Numbered from the stretch's first letter, positions 49,718 to 62,821 are shown. The stretch is DNA of 64,000 bases from Leucoraja erinacea (GCF_028641065.1 NC_073391.1:44764001-44828000), one strand, 5' to 3'. Made by a program: numbers and translations. Notes: a model not told the origin generated them from the letters alone.

Positions 49718-50664
49718 CGATGTCGAGAGAATTACTCAGCTTACTCAGATCCTCGCTCACCTTCGCAGCTCAGATTCTCGAGTTTGTTTGATTTACTTGT
49801 CGTATTTGTGCAAAGACAATCTCGTATCAGAATTAACGAATAAGGGTGAATAGATATTGGTTTAAAATTATGATTGAAATGTTCACGGAATCTGTTGATT
49901 CTCTGTCTACATTATTATCCAACCATGGTGTGAATATTTCCCGCAAAGACTCGCCTTCCCTCCCGGATTATTTCTGTAAATGTTGCCAAGTAAATATTTT
50001 TAGTTCCCTAATTTGCTTTATGAATGCATACTGCCCCTTTTGCTGGCATCACACGCCGAACCCCACACGTCCCCACTTAAAACCGAATTCCCTCGCCTCG
50101 CGGGACTGCACGCTTCATTTTACACGGTTTGTACGTTCTCCCAGTGACCGCGTGGATTTTCTTAGCGTGCACCGGTTTCCAGCCACATTCGAAGGACGCG
50201 TAGCTTTGGAGGTTAATTGGCTTCTGCAAATTGCTCTTAATTGTGTGTAGGATAGAAGTAGTATAGGGGTGATCGCTGGTTTGCGCGGACTCGGTGGGCA
50301 GATGCCTATTTCCACACAGTAGCTCTAAGCTACACTAAACCAAACTAAACACTGAGTGCTGGAGTAGCACAGGGGCCAACGAACATCTATGAAGGAAGTG
50401 TACAGGCGACGTTTCGAGTCGTGGGCCTTCAGGCCGGCGAGGAGCCAGGACATGAAACGTTGCCTGGACATTCCCTCCACAATTGCAGCCTGACAGGCTA
50501 GGGTACTTCAGTGCGTGGTGTTTTGGTCAAGATTCCAACATCAGAAGTTCCTTGTCTTCCCTCGCATAATTTGTTGTTTTTCCCCCATCGTTTGTTTGTA
50601 AATCAAACGATGGGGGGGGGGGGGTCAAATGTGGGAGGAACTGAGTGAAATCCAGGTTAGTCGG

Positions 50665-52217
50665 GAAGTGTGTTAGGTAAATTGAATGGATTAAAAGTCG
50701 ATAAATCCCCAGGACCAGATAGGCTGCATCCCAACCTGCTTAATGAAGTAGCTACAGAAATGGTGGATGCATTAGTGATAATTTTTCAAAACTCTTTAGA
50801 TTCTGGAGTAGTTCCTGATGATTGGAGGGTAGCTAATGTACCCCACTTTTTTTTTAAGGGAGAGAGAGAGAAAGCGGGGAATTACAGGCCAGTTAATCTA
50901 ACGTCGGTAGTGAGGAAAATGCTAGAGTCAGTAATTAAAGATGGGATAGCAGCACATTTGGAAAGTGGTGAAATCATTGGAAAAAGTCAGCATGGATTTA
51001 TGAAAAGTAAATCATGTCTGACGAATCCTATTAAATTTTTCGAGGAGTAACTAGTAGAGTGGATAAGGGGGAACCAGTGGATGTGTTATATCAGTTTTTT
51101 CAGAAGGCTTTCGACAAGTTCCCACATAAGAGATTAGTATGCAAACTTAAAGCACACGGTATTGGGGGTTCAGTATTGATGTGGGTAGAGAACTGGCTGG
51201 CAGACAGGAAGCAAAGAGTAGGAGTAAACGGGTCATTTTCACAATGGCAGGCAGTGGCTAGTGGGGTACCGCAAGGCTCAGTGCTGGGACCCCAGCTATT
51301 TACGATATATATTAATGATTTGGACGAGGGAATTGAATGCAACATCGCCAAATTTTCGGATGACACGAAGCTGGGGGGGCAGTGTTAGCTGTGAGGAGGA
51401 TGCTAGAAGGCTGCAAGGTGACTTGGATAGGCTGGGTGAGTGGGCAAATGCATGGCAGATGCGGTATAATGTGGATAAATGTGAGGTTATCCACTTTGGT
51501 GGCAAAACCAGGAAAGTAGACTATTATCTAAATGGTGGCCTATTAGGAAAAGGGGAGATGCAACGAGACCTGGGTGTCATGGTACACCAGTCATTAAAAG
51601 TAGGCATGCAGGTGCGGCAGGCAGTGAAGAAGAAGGCGAATAGTATGTTAGCATTCATAGCAAAAGGATTTGAGTATAGGGGCAGGGAGGTTCTACTGCA
51701 GTTGTACAGGGTCCTGGTGAGACCACACCTGGAGTATTGCGTACAGTTTTGATCTCCAAATCTGAGGAAGGACATTATTGCCATAGAGGGAGTGCAGAGA
51801 AGGTTCACCAGACTGATTCCAGGGATGTCAGGACTTTCATATGAAGAAAGACTGGATAGACTCAGCTTGTACTCGCTAGAATTTTGAAGATTGAGGGGGG
51901 ATCTTACAAAATTCTTAAGGGGATGGACAGGCTAGATGCAGGAAGATTATTCCCGATGTTGGGGAAGTCCAGAACAAGGGGTCACAGTTTAAGGATAAGG
52001 GGGAAGTATTTTAGGACCGAGATGAGAAAAACATTTTTCACACAGAGAGTGGTGAATCTGTGGAATTCTCTGTCACAGAAGGTAGTTGAGGCCAGTGAAT
52101 TGGCTATATTTAAGATGAAGTTAGATGTGGCCATTGTGGTTAAAGGGATCAGGGGGTATGGAGAGAAGGCAGGTACAGGATACTGAGTTGGATGATCAGC
52201 CATGATCATATTGAATG
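50665..52217 (+). mobile_element. CR1 ORF2 long fragment
   Basis: RT ORFs 50670-51050, 51059-51388, 51261-51752 and 51884-52186. Confidence 0.92.
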
Positions 52218-52649
52218 ACTTGACAGAAAGCCTTTGATAGCTCAGATTCAGATTCAGATTCAGATTCAACTTTAATCGTCATTGTCAGTGTATAGTACAG
52301 AGACACAAAATGCAGTTAGCATCTCCCTGGAAAAGGGACGTAGAATATGATTTCAATAAATAAATCTATTTACATGTATACAGACATAGTGTATTTTCCT
52401 GTGGGAGGAGTGTCCGGAGGGGGGGGGGGGGTGATTGGCAGTCACCGAGGTACATTGTTGAGCAGTGTGACAGCCGCAGGGAAGAAGCTGTTCCTGGACC
52501 TGCTCTGCTGGTCCGGCAACGGAGAGACCTGTAGCGCCTGCCGGTTGGTAGGAGGGTAAACAGACCATGGTTGGGGTGAGATCTGTCCTTGGCGATGCTG
52601 GTAAGGTCCCGCACGGGAGACTGGTGACTAAAATTAGAGCGCATAGTAT

Positions 52650-53572
52650 CCACGTCAACATAGTAGGGTGTTGACGTGGATAGAAAGTTGGTTTGGCAGA
52701 CAGGAAGCAAAGAGTAGGAGTTAACGGATCCTTTTCAGAATGGCAGCCAGTGGCGAGTGGAGTGCCGCGGCTCGGTGTTGGGGCAGCAACTGTTTACCAT
52801 ATATATTAATGGAAGAGGTAATTAGGAGCAACGCTAGCAAGTTTGCGGATGGCACAAAGCTGGGTGGCAGTGTGAACTGTGAAGAGGATGTTAGGAGGCT
52901 GCAGGGTGACCTGGACAAGTTGAGTTAGTGGGCAGATGCGTGGCAGATGCAGTATAATATAGATACATGTGAGGTTATCCACTGGTGGCAAAAACAAGGG
53001 GGTAGATTATTATAGTGTACAGTTTTGGTCTCCTAATTTGAGGAAGGACATCCTTGTGATTGAGGCAGTGCAACGTAGGTTCACGAAATTGACCCCTGAG
53101 AAGGCGGGACTGTCATATGAGGAACGATTGAAAAGACTAGTCTGGTATTCAATGGAGTTTAGAAGAATGGGGGGAATCTTATAGAAACATATAAAATTAT
53201 TAAAAAGGACTGGACAGAGTAGATGCAGGAATAATGGTCCCAATATTGGGCGAGTCCAGAACCAGTGGGCCACAGTCTTAGAATAAAGGGGAGGCCATTT
53301 AGGACTGAGGTGAGAAAAAAAAATTCACCCAGAGAGTTGTGAATTTGTGAAATTCCCTGCCACAGGGGGGCAGTGGACGCCAAGTCACAGGGTGGATTTA
53401 AGAGAGAGACAAATAAAGCTCCAGCGGCTGGTGGAATCAAGGGATACGGGGAGAAGGCAGGCACGGGTTATTGATTGGGGCCGACAGCCACGATCACAAT
53501 GAATGGTGGTGTTGGCTCGAAGGGCCGAATGGCCTCCTCCCGCACCTATTTTCTATGTTTCTATGTTTCTAA
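52650..53572 (+). mobile_element. CR1 fragment with internal deletion and tail
   Basis: RT similarity and (TTTCTATG)n tail. Confidence 0.85.
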
Positions 53573-54287
53573 AACGTTCAGAAAGTAATTTTACCAAATT
53601 AGTTGGGGGTTTTTAAAGCACCAACTGTATCAGAAATTAATAAAATATTTTTATGTTTTGTGAAGATTCACATAATTTTACTGTGAGATTTCAGAACTAA
53701 TCTATAGAGCCCCACTGAATTGTAGTCTGGAATATTGCGGATTGCCGCGGAGTGGTGAGGATTGGCAAGGAAATTGTACTAAATTTATTTTGAAATTGGA
53801 TTGCGCCTGAGAAATCATTATGCAGAGGGGCCCAACGTATATTGCGGTTTTCAAAGTGAAAGAGGACATCCCTCAGAACTCCACGCTATCATTATAGACC
53901 CCATAGGGAGAAGTGGAGAGGTTGCTTCCGTTTAGCTGGAGATTTAAACATCTCATATCACAATTCCCACCTGAAAAGGTTGGACATTCGGAGCAGAAAT
54001 TAGTAAAATATCTGTAGCTACATGGTGGCACATTTTTCAAATTATTTCCATGAGAGGTATGTGTGGAGCATTCAAGTCGCAGACATATACATCGTCGAAT
54101 CATGGGAGATGAGTTTGGTACAAGTATGTGCAGCTCAGTGGACAAAAAACAGACAGGGTTGGAATGAAAGACGGGGAAGAAATGCGAAGGTTGAAAAGAC
54201 CACACCAGCTTCAATTTTTAAGTTCAGTCAAGACACCTCAATCGTACAAATGGCAACTGTCATGGTCTTGCCAATCGAGGACCAAGC

Positions 54288-54464
54288 GGGAATTCCGGTA
54301 TCTGAATTGCACACGTGGTTCCTGACTTCCGCGCTTGCAATTTGCATTCGCAGATCAGGAATTAGGTGGAGGGGGCACTTGTTATGAAATAAACTACTGG
54401 CTAAATCAGCACAGCTGAAATCAATTCAAAATTCTGGTATTGGTCCATTGGTGAAATTGCAAAT
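54288..54464. promoter_or_regulatory. Candidate B-cell enhancer in the C5-TM1 intron
   Basis: kB-like GGGAATTCC, E-box CACGTG, Ets ACTTCCG, octamer ATTTGCAT, E-box CAGCTG and 7/8 octamer TTGCAAAT, all in non-repeat DNA. Confidence 0.5.
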
Positions 54465-55569
54465 ACCATCAAAGATAAATCTGGACAGGCGATCTCTTTA
54501 ACGCAGTTGAGTATTATCTCAACTCTTTGATGCCGGTTTTGAATCAGATGATTCTCATGTCCAGCACAGAGCCGGTGCCTTCTGTGTGGGTGTCTCTACC
54601 GGCTTCATTAACGGTTCGTCTGGTAGGATAGAAAGGTAGTTTTGTTTATTTTAATTTAATTTAGTTTATTGTCACGTGTAGCGAGGTGCCTTGTAAAGCC
54701 TTGTAGTTGCGTGCTATCCAGTCAGCGGAAAGATTATACATGATTACAACCAAGCCACATTGTACAGATACAGGATAAAGGGAGCAACGTTTAGAGGGAG
54801 GTGAAGTCCCGTGAAGTCCGATTAAAGATTGTCCGAGGGTCTCCAAAGAGGTAGACGTAAACCAGGGCCCAACTTTGGTTCGTGATGTGATGGTTCAGTT
54901 GCCTGATAACGGCTGGGAGGAAACTCTCCCACAATCTGGTATGGATGATCGATAACACAAAACCGGTAATATTGCAAGTAATCTTAAGGTGTTTGAAGAA
55001 GTTCTGAAGGGTCCCGCCCCGAAACGTCACCGTCACCGTCACGTGTTCTGGAGTGATGCTGCCTGACCCGCTGAGTTGCCCGTGCGCTTGGTTGCATTTT
55101 ACCTTGTAAACAAGCATCTGCAGTTCCTTGTTTCTACAAAGGTTTTTAGGAGTTGATGTCATCAAGAATGGGCCAAATTATGCCTATTGTTTTAAAGCGT
55201 CAGTCGGTCAGTTTAGAGCGTAAATGAAATTACATTTGAGATCCTCTAATGTATGAAAGGCAGTGGATATTCCATTGATACAAAGGAATATTGGAATCAT
55301 TATGTAAGTGCAGGTTGCATTAATAAACAATGTAACAAATCCAGTACTGTCTGTTGTCTATTGTCTATTTTACATATCTAAATTAGGGTGCAGTTCGCAT
55401 TCTAAAACTAAGGATTAGACTCCGCGTCAGAGAGGCAATAAATTATTCACCATCTCAATCTGCGCTCCCATTCCACCCCGTTAGCATCCCCCCTGCAGCC
55501 AACCATTAAACTGCGAAGAGAGATTTACTATCTAGGATTGCATGGATTAGTGCATACAAGAAAAATGCA

Positions 55570-56920
55570 TCAGTGATAATTTTTAAAAAACACAGATTCT
55601 GGAGTAGTTCCTGAGGACTGGAGGGTAGCTAATGTAACCCCACTTTTTAAAAAGGGAGGGAGAGAGAAAATGGGGAATTACAGACCAGTTAGTCAAACAT
55701 CGGTGGTGGGGGAAATTCTGGAGTCAGTTATTAAAGATGGGATAGCAGCACATTTGGAAAGTGGTGAATTCATTGGACAAAGTCAGCATGGATTTATGAA
55801 AGGTAAATCATGTCTGACGAATCTTATAGAATTGTTCGAGGATGTAACTAGTAGAGTGGATAAGGAAGAACCAGTGGATGTGTTATATCTGGACTTTCAG
55901 AAGGCTTTCGACAAGGTCCCACATAAGAGATTAGTATACAAACTTAAAGCACACGGTATTGGGGGTTCAGTATTGATGTGGATAGAGAACTGGCTGGCAG
56001 ACAGGAAGCAAAGAGTAGGAGTAAACGGGTCCTTTTCACAATGGCAGGCAGTGACTAGTGGGGTACCACAATGCTCAGTGCTGGGACCCCAGCTATTTAC
56101 AATATATATTAATGATCTGAATGAGGGAATTGAATGCAACATCTCCAAGTTTGCGGATGACACGAAGCTGGGGGGCAGTGTTAGCTGTGAGGCGGATGCT
56201 AGGAGGCTGCAAGGTGACTTGGATAGGGTGGGTGAGTGGGAAAATGCATGGCAGATGCAGTATAATGTGGATAAATGTGAGGTTATCCACTTTAATGTGC
56301 AAAAACAGGAAAGTAGACTATTATCTGAATGGTGGCCGATTAGGAAAAGGGGAGATGCAACGAGATCTCGATGTCATGGTACACCAGTCATTGAAAGAAG
56401 GAATGCAGGTTCAGCAGGCAGTGAAGAAAGCAAATGGTATGTTAGCATTCATAGCAAAAGGATTTGAGTATAAGAGCAGGGAGGTTCTACTGCAGTTGTA
56501 CAGGGTCTTGGTGAGACCACACCTGGAGTATTGCGTACAGTTTTGGTCTCCCAATCTGAGGAAAGACATTCTTGTCATAGAGGGAGTACAGAGAAGGTTC
56601 ACCAGACTGAATCCTGGGATGGCAGGACTTTCATATGAAGAAAGACGGGATAGACTCGGCTTGTACTCGCTAGAATTCAGATGATTGAGGGGGGATCTTA
56701 TAGAAACTTACAAAATTCTTAAGGGGTTGGACAGGCTAGATGCTGGAAGATTATTCCCGATGTTGGGGAAGTCCAGAACTAGGGATCACAGTTTAAGGAT
56801 AAGAGGGAAGTCTTAGAGGACCGAGAGGAGAAACTCAATTTTTACACAGAAAGTGGTGAATCGGTGGAATTCTCTGTCACAGAAGGTAGTTGAGGACAGT
56901 TCATTGGCTATATTTAAGAT
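55570..56920 (+). mobile_element. CR1 ORF2 long fragment
   Basis: ORFs 55670-56467 and 56121-56684. Confidence 0.92.
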
Positions 56921-57293
56921 TGGCTATATTTCAGTCTGAAGAAGGGTTCCGTTCTAAAGGTTCGCCTCTCCATTCCCTCTAGAGATGTTGCCTGACTCAC
57001 TTTGGGTTTTGTTCAACATTACAGCATCTGTAATTTTTTCTGTTTCGTCTACCCTGCGTGTTCTGTAAACGATATGGTTTATGCACGTATAAGGAGTCTC
57101 TACTGGCACTGGCAAATACATTAATGAACATCATATTTCTTCCAATATATTGGGCATCTTTGAATTTCTCTCAGTTCGATTGCCAAACCACAATGCCCAT
57201 CGTAACTGGAGCGTTATATTGTTGCGACGGTTTTTGAGTTTATTCTGCTTATGGCAAATAAAAATATTAATAATGGTCATCTACCGATTCCAG

Positions 57294-57451
57294 AAATTCC
57301 TGAAATAGAAGAAGATCTTCATGACTCTGTAGCAGATGACGGAATGATAGAATACATAGACGAGGAGGGCAACTCTGATGGAGCAGTTACCGCCTTCGTG
57401 ATCCTCTTTATGATCAGTACCATATACGGCGCATTGACAACGACGATTAAG
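57294..57451 (+). CDS. IgNAR: IgNAR TM1 exon (acidic spacer plus transmembrane helix)
   Basis: Acceptor AG at 57292-57293 is in phase with the C5 internal donor. EIPEIEEDLHDSVADDGMIEYIDEEGNSDGAVTAFVILFMISTIYGALTTTIK carries the Ig CART-like F..LF..S..Y...T pattern. Donor GTAACA at 57452. Confidence 0.9.
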
Positions 57452-58365
57452 GTAACATCGACTTTCACAGAACGTAGTACGTAGAATAGTACAGCACAAG
57501 AATAGGCATTTCGACCTACAATGTCCTTTCCTCCTCGTGCTTGATATCCTTCCATTCCCTGCATATTCACGTGCCTCGCCATTAGCCTCTTAAATGCGAT
57601 GATCCTGCATACATCCATTTCTGTGTAAAAAAAAATCACCCCGCTAATCTTTCAAAGTTGTCCATCCCGCCTTTAAGCTACGACCTCTAGACTTTGACAT
57701 TTCCACCCTGGGAAATTTGTTCTGATTGTCTACCCTATCGATGTCTCCTGTCATTTTACATACTTCTATCAAGTCTCCCCCACAGCCTCCGAAGCTCCGC
57801 AGTAAACAATCCAGATTTTGTGAGCGAGAAGCATATGGGCAATAGGGTAGATGTAGAACAAGGGGAAATGAGAGACAATATGGGCACATGGATCCAGGTG
57901 GAATGGGGGGAAGGTGAAGGTGGAGACTGGAAGCTCTTAAGCTGGTATACAAAGGTAACAAGAGCTGGAATCTGACAAATCAGGAAGATGATATTTTGAG
58001 AAAATAAATGAGTGAAATTCAAAGAAGGTGGATTTGCCCGGCATTGATTTTGCACTGGATAAGTCTTCTACTCAAAACAAACGTTGGGAAGTCAGAGCCA
58101 ATATTATAGATGGACGACTGATACTGGTAAAATTAATTATGGTTCCAAAATTTGGGAGGGATGGGAAAGTTAGGGACAGCTCAGTCGGGGCTGCTTGAAT
58201 TCTTCCATGTATTAATTTCGACTGCAATGTTAAATTGTAGACGTTGTGTATCTTTTTCTTGGAGCCACAAAGACGAAGGGGAGATTGATTAAGGTCTGGG
58301 ACATCAAGTTTGGTTTAGGCAGAGCAAATACAGGGCGTTTCCACCATTCACAGTCGGGCCTGGGA

Positions 58366-58660
58366 GTTTAGTTTAGTTTAGTTTAGAGATAGAGCGCGGA
58401 AACAGGCCCTTCGGCCCACCGGGTCCGCGCCGTCCAGCGATCCCCGCACATTAACACTATCCTACTCACACTAGGGACAACTCTTTTTTTGCCTTTACCG
58501 AGCCAATATACCTACATACCTGTGCGTCTTTAGAGTGTGGGAGGAAACCGAAGATCTCGGAGAAAACTCACATAGGTAACGAGGAGAACATACAGACATC
58601 ACCAGTAGTCGGCGCTGCATTCGCTGTAAGGCAGCAACTCTACCACTGCGCCACGTGTCT
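58366..58660 (-). mobile_element. tRNA-derived SINE in the TM1-TM2 intron
   Basis: (TTTAG)n tail; same family as 40021-40285. Confidence 0.8.
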
Positions 58661-58758
58661 TTTATGCAGAAAATTGTATGACCTAGAACTCTCTGTCCAA
58701 GGGGGGTGTGGAAACAGAGTTAATCAGGAACCTGACAATCAGTGTTCTGTCGTTTCAG

Positions 58759-58767
58759 GTGAATTAA
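58759..58767 (+). CDS. IgNAR: Predicted IgNAR TM2 exon (V-N-stop)
   Basis: GTGTTCTGTCGTTTCAG/GTG AAT TAA matches the usual Ig TM2 form (V-x-stop). Confidence 0.7.
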   Translation: MN

Positions 58768-59654
58768 TTGACGCGGAACCCGAAGTCATCACTTGTTTAT
58801 ACATGAGTGGCGCCACAAGTGAGATGGTGACCACAGACACATCGTGGTTCGCTCCCGCACCCTTATCTACCGGACAATTTCAACTCCGTTGCAGTAACAT
58901 CAGCGAAACGAGACCAACTTTGGTTCCCTTCTCCCATCGATTTCATTCCTATTTCTGATTCGTTAATTGCCGATTGCTGTCTTACAATATGTCACGAGAG
59001 TCTGTATTACCCCGTTCTGTTACTGAGATAAATGACTGAAATTTCGCAAACCATTTTTCGCGCTAATACATAAGCTGTTGCAAAATAATGTAAGCTCTAT
59101 CAATGACTTTTGGTAACACATCACAAGTGAAATTTCTATGCTCCAATGATGAAATTGTCTTTTATTTTGTTTACGTAAGTACTAAATGCTTCGCTGGCTT
59201 ATTAAGAGTGTGACCTTTTTTCGAATCAATTGGCCGTCAATGTAATTATAGTGGCGGTTATATGCTGGGGGGGGGGGGGGGGGGGGGGGGGGGGGGCGTA
59301 GAACAAATAGACGATATATATACACGCTTTTATGGGGCAGAAACTGATTATGGCAAAGTGTTATCTTGGCGTTCAGTGATGGACAGCCGAGTTTACCGGA
59401 TATTCAAGATGAATTCACAGACAAAGTATACAGGTCTTGCAATGCATTGTGTATTCTCCGTGTAGCCTTTTGTTATGTACGTGATGACGATGTCGCTGAA
59501 AATGGCATTGTGAAAATTCCTACCATGTCAGTCGGCAGCCGAACTCGAGTCAAAGTTTTCAATGTTCTCTAAAGACCTTCGCTCACAGGAATCGGAGTAC
59601 GTGAAGTGATCGCGGCATTCACTGTGGAGAACGAGTGCAGTCTTTAACTCGAAA

Positions 59655-60570
59655 TGCTTGAGCAAAACACCAAGTCCAGAAGTAACTTAGCGGGTCGGGT
59701 AGCATATGTGGAGGACATGGATAGCAACGTTTCGGACCGGGACCCTTCTTTAGACTCGGTCTGATGCAGTCAACTGTCCATTCCATCCATGGATGCTGCC
59801 TGATGCTGAGTTGTTCCAGGGCGGTGTGTTTCGCTAATTCTACATTAGTGCATTATCTTAGGCCAAATCACATCGCCTAGAAACTAGCGGTAAAGATATG
59901 CCATGCCCTGCCCCCTGTTCACACTGGTAATCCACTTTGATTCTGGAATGCCCGCATTTCCTGCTGAATTGTGACCACATGGATATCTACCAATTTAACG
60001 AAGTTATTCGAAAATTCAGAACCTGCAGATGTCTTCATTTGTCTGCAGTTGGACTAATCAGCACAAAATCCTCACCATAATAATGGAAGCAAAATTCAGA
60101 GTCGATGTCAGAGTTAAAGCCTCACATCCATGCGGTTATCGAGGAGCAGCTGCACGATGACCTGCGCGGCATCGGTTCCTCTGTACCAGCTTCATCACAT
60201 ATGCAGCCCGGAATTTGATATCAGCCATACTAACATTGCAAATAGGATGAATCTGTGAGGTTAGATTACTGCGACATTAAGACACCAGGAACAATAGCTG
60301 GCACTGGAGGTTACGTCCAGACCATGGCTAATTTTACATTCGAGTTACAAGGAGCTGCAGGTTTTAGAGTCTTGAGCAAAACACACCAGGTCCTGAAGTA
60401 ACTCAGCGGGACGGGTAGCATCTCTGGAGCATATGGATTAGTGACATTTCGGGTCGGGACCCTTCTTGGACTCAGTCTGATGCAGTCACCTATGCATTCC
60501 TTCCACAGATGCTGCCTGACCCGTCGAGTTATTTCAGGACCTTGTGATTTACTAATTCAACTTTAGTTCA
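59655..60570. mobile_element. Two related PLE-derived repeats (about 59655-59850 and 60370-60570)
   Basis: Shared internal junction GACTC(G/A)GTCTGATGCAGTCA. Confidence 0.6.
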
Positions 60571-61269
60571 TTGCCATCATCTTATTTCCACAAACCATCA
60601 TAGGTTTTGCCGTCAAGACAGAATATGTGGTGGTACTCTGGAAGCCTGCAAGTAGTCAAGGGGATTAGTGTCTAAAGATTTTCTCGCGGGAAAACAAATG
60701 CTCTCAATAGTAGATTAGATATTCAACTGTGCTTAAAATTCTACTTTATCACTTACTTGTAGTTACTGTTAAAATGTCAGCAGATAATTCAATAAAATGA
60801 CCTATTGGCTTTTTTTAAGTGAAAATCCTGATGTCAATGTCATGCATTTCTTCTCTGACCAACAGTTAAAAATACATTTTGCTTTCTTCCAATGAATATT
60901 AGCAAATATCAAAGCAGCATGGTGCGACAAGGAACGAAGGTAGGGGTTCAATTCTGACAAACAGCTGTAATTCTGCGTCCTTTAAAAATGCTACTGACTT
61001 GCAATGCAGATATCTTTTGGAAGATTGGGTGTTTATTGAAATAGCTCAGAATTTTAAACCGATTGACAGTTGGGTGAACAAATGCTGGAGATAAAAAGGG
61101 GATAAAGAGTGGTGAAACGAGACAAAAGGGGATAGAGTTTGATGAAATGAGACAAGGAGAGCAAAAGAGCAAAACATGTTACAGAAAGGAGAGAAGACGA
61201 GTAAAATGGAGTGAAATATAATTCCAGAGGGAGGGGCATGTGTAGAAAGGGACGGGGTGGGGAGGAATC

Positions 61270-62300
61270 TCAGCAGGCTACATTTTCACACGTAGAGTGG
61301 TGGATTCAGTCTGTGGAACGAGCTGCCAGCTGAAGTAGTTGAGCCATGTACAATAACAACATTTAAAAAATACTTATGCTGGATAGGATATTTTCAGAGA
61401 GGTATGGGCTAAGATATGGCCTGGGGCATCTTGGTCGGTATCAAAGGATTGGGCTGAAGTGTCTGTTTCCGTGCTGCAAGACTCCATGACTCTAGATTTC
61501 CCCAGCCAACGTTTACCAGATCATTTCTTATTCTAATTAATTTGGTCTTTCCCCCAATTTAAGAGCTTTGTTCCTGGTTCCTCACTAACATTTTCCAAAA
61601 AACATTCTGAAATATGCAGATTTATGGTCACTCTCTCCAAAATGCTTCCCCGTTGCCACGCCCTCTACGTAACCGGCCATATGCCTTATGTTAAAGTCCA
61701 AACATGTTATTTCTCTCGTTGGTCTGTCTGCAAACTGTGCCAAATAGCTCTGCTCAGCAACCCTCAAACACTTCACCCCACTGAGCCCTTCCCATTAAGC
61801 CAATCCTACGTAATACTGGGGAAATTGAAATCTCCTCGCTGTACAGAATAAGTCCACGTTCTGACATTTCGTTGTAATTTGCCTTCATATCATTTATTCT
61901 ATCTCTTTTCGACTGTAAGTGATCAGTAATGCACCCAGAGCAAAGCGATGATGCTCGTTTATTTCATAATCTCTACTCAAATTAATTGATTTGTGGGGTC
62001 TTCGTGGATATACCTCAATGTTGAATTAGTACCTTCCCCAATTAACAATGCACTGACACTTCCTCGTTTGCATCTTCGGCTCTCTCACATGAGTATCCGA
62101 TATCACAGATATTGAGATTGCCCGGTGATGGCAACTATATCATAGCCCCACGTCGCATTTTCTACCTTTCCTGTTAGACTTGCGTTAAGTTAGATGCTAT
62201 TTAGCTTTGCATTGCCCTCGTCCACCTGTTCTGCCCACTGAACATACTAACCTTTTCTCCTTTACGTCACTGTCTCTCCTCATTCCGACATCTACCCTGA
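61270..62300. mobile_element. Old degenerate CR1 fragments
   Basis: Residual similarity (FGESDHKS; VEGVATGKH). Confidence 0.55.
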
Positions 62301-62821
62301 GCCCCATGTCATATTATTGGCGTTCATGGAATGTTGCACGGTAATCCACGTTTAACTGGAAACAAAAAATTTCGATTTGTTCGGATCAGCCTTGTCTGCC
62401 AAGGTGAAATATTGTTGCTGCTCAGCAGATTGGTAGCACCGGGATTGAGCGAGCAGGAGGTGATGTCATTGGGTGAGATTAACAGGGAATAGTCATAGAA
62501 GAAGAACAACAACAAAAAACCGACGGGAATCAGCGAGTGCGTGAAGTGAGCGCGAGTTTTCTCGGAATGTGATTGGGTAAATTTGAAGTGTTTTTTCTCC
62601 AGTAGGGGGTGTGTCAAGAATGACCCTCTCGTAGACAGTGAATAAGAACAACCTGGTACCTTCGTTGGTTTCAAAGTCGGTGACATTGGGAGAAGGGGGA
62701 ACCGATTTCGAGAGAATAATTGTAGCGAGGTACAAATAGAATGTGGAGAACAGTGTATGAGGACTGAGTTGAGGAGGTACGAAAGAAAGCTGGTTGACAA
62801 CAGTATGCACAGAACTCATTT

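Noticed and set aside
57896-57960. Alternative TM2 acceptor (ATCCAG/GTGGAATGG) giving a longer cytoplasmic tail
   Set aside because: It has no polypyrimidine tract; the 58758 acceptor is stronger and gives the usual V-x-stop.
62324-62819. Overlapping minus-strand ORFs in non-repeat DNA
   Set aside because: No motif I can recognise and no splice support; a BLASTX search would be needed.
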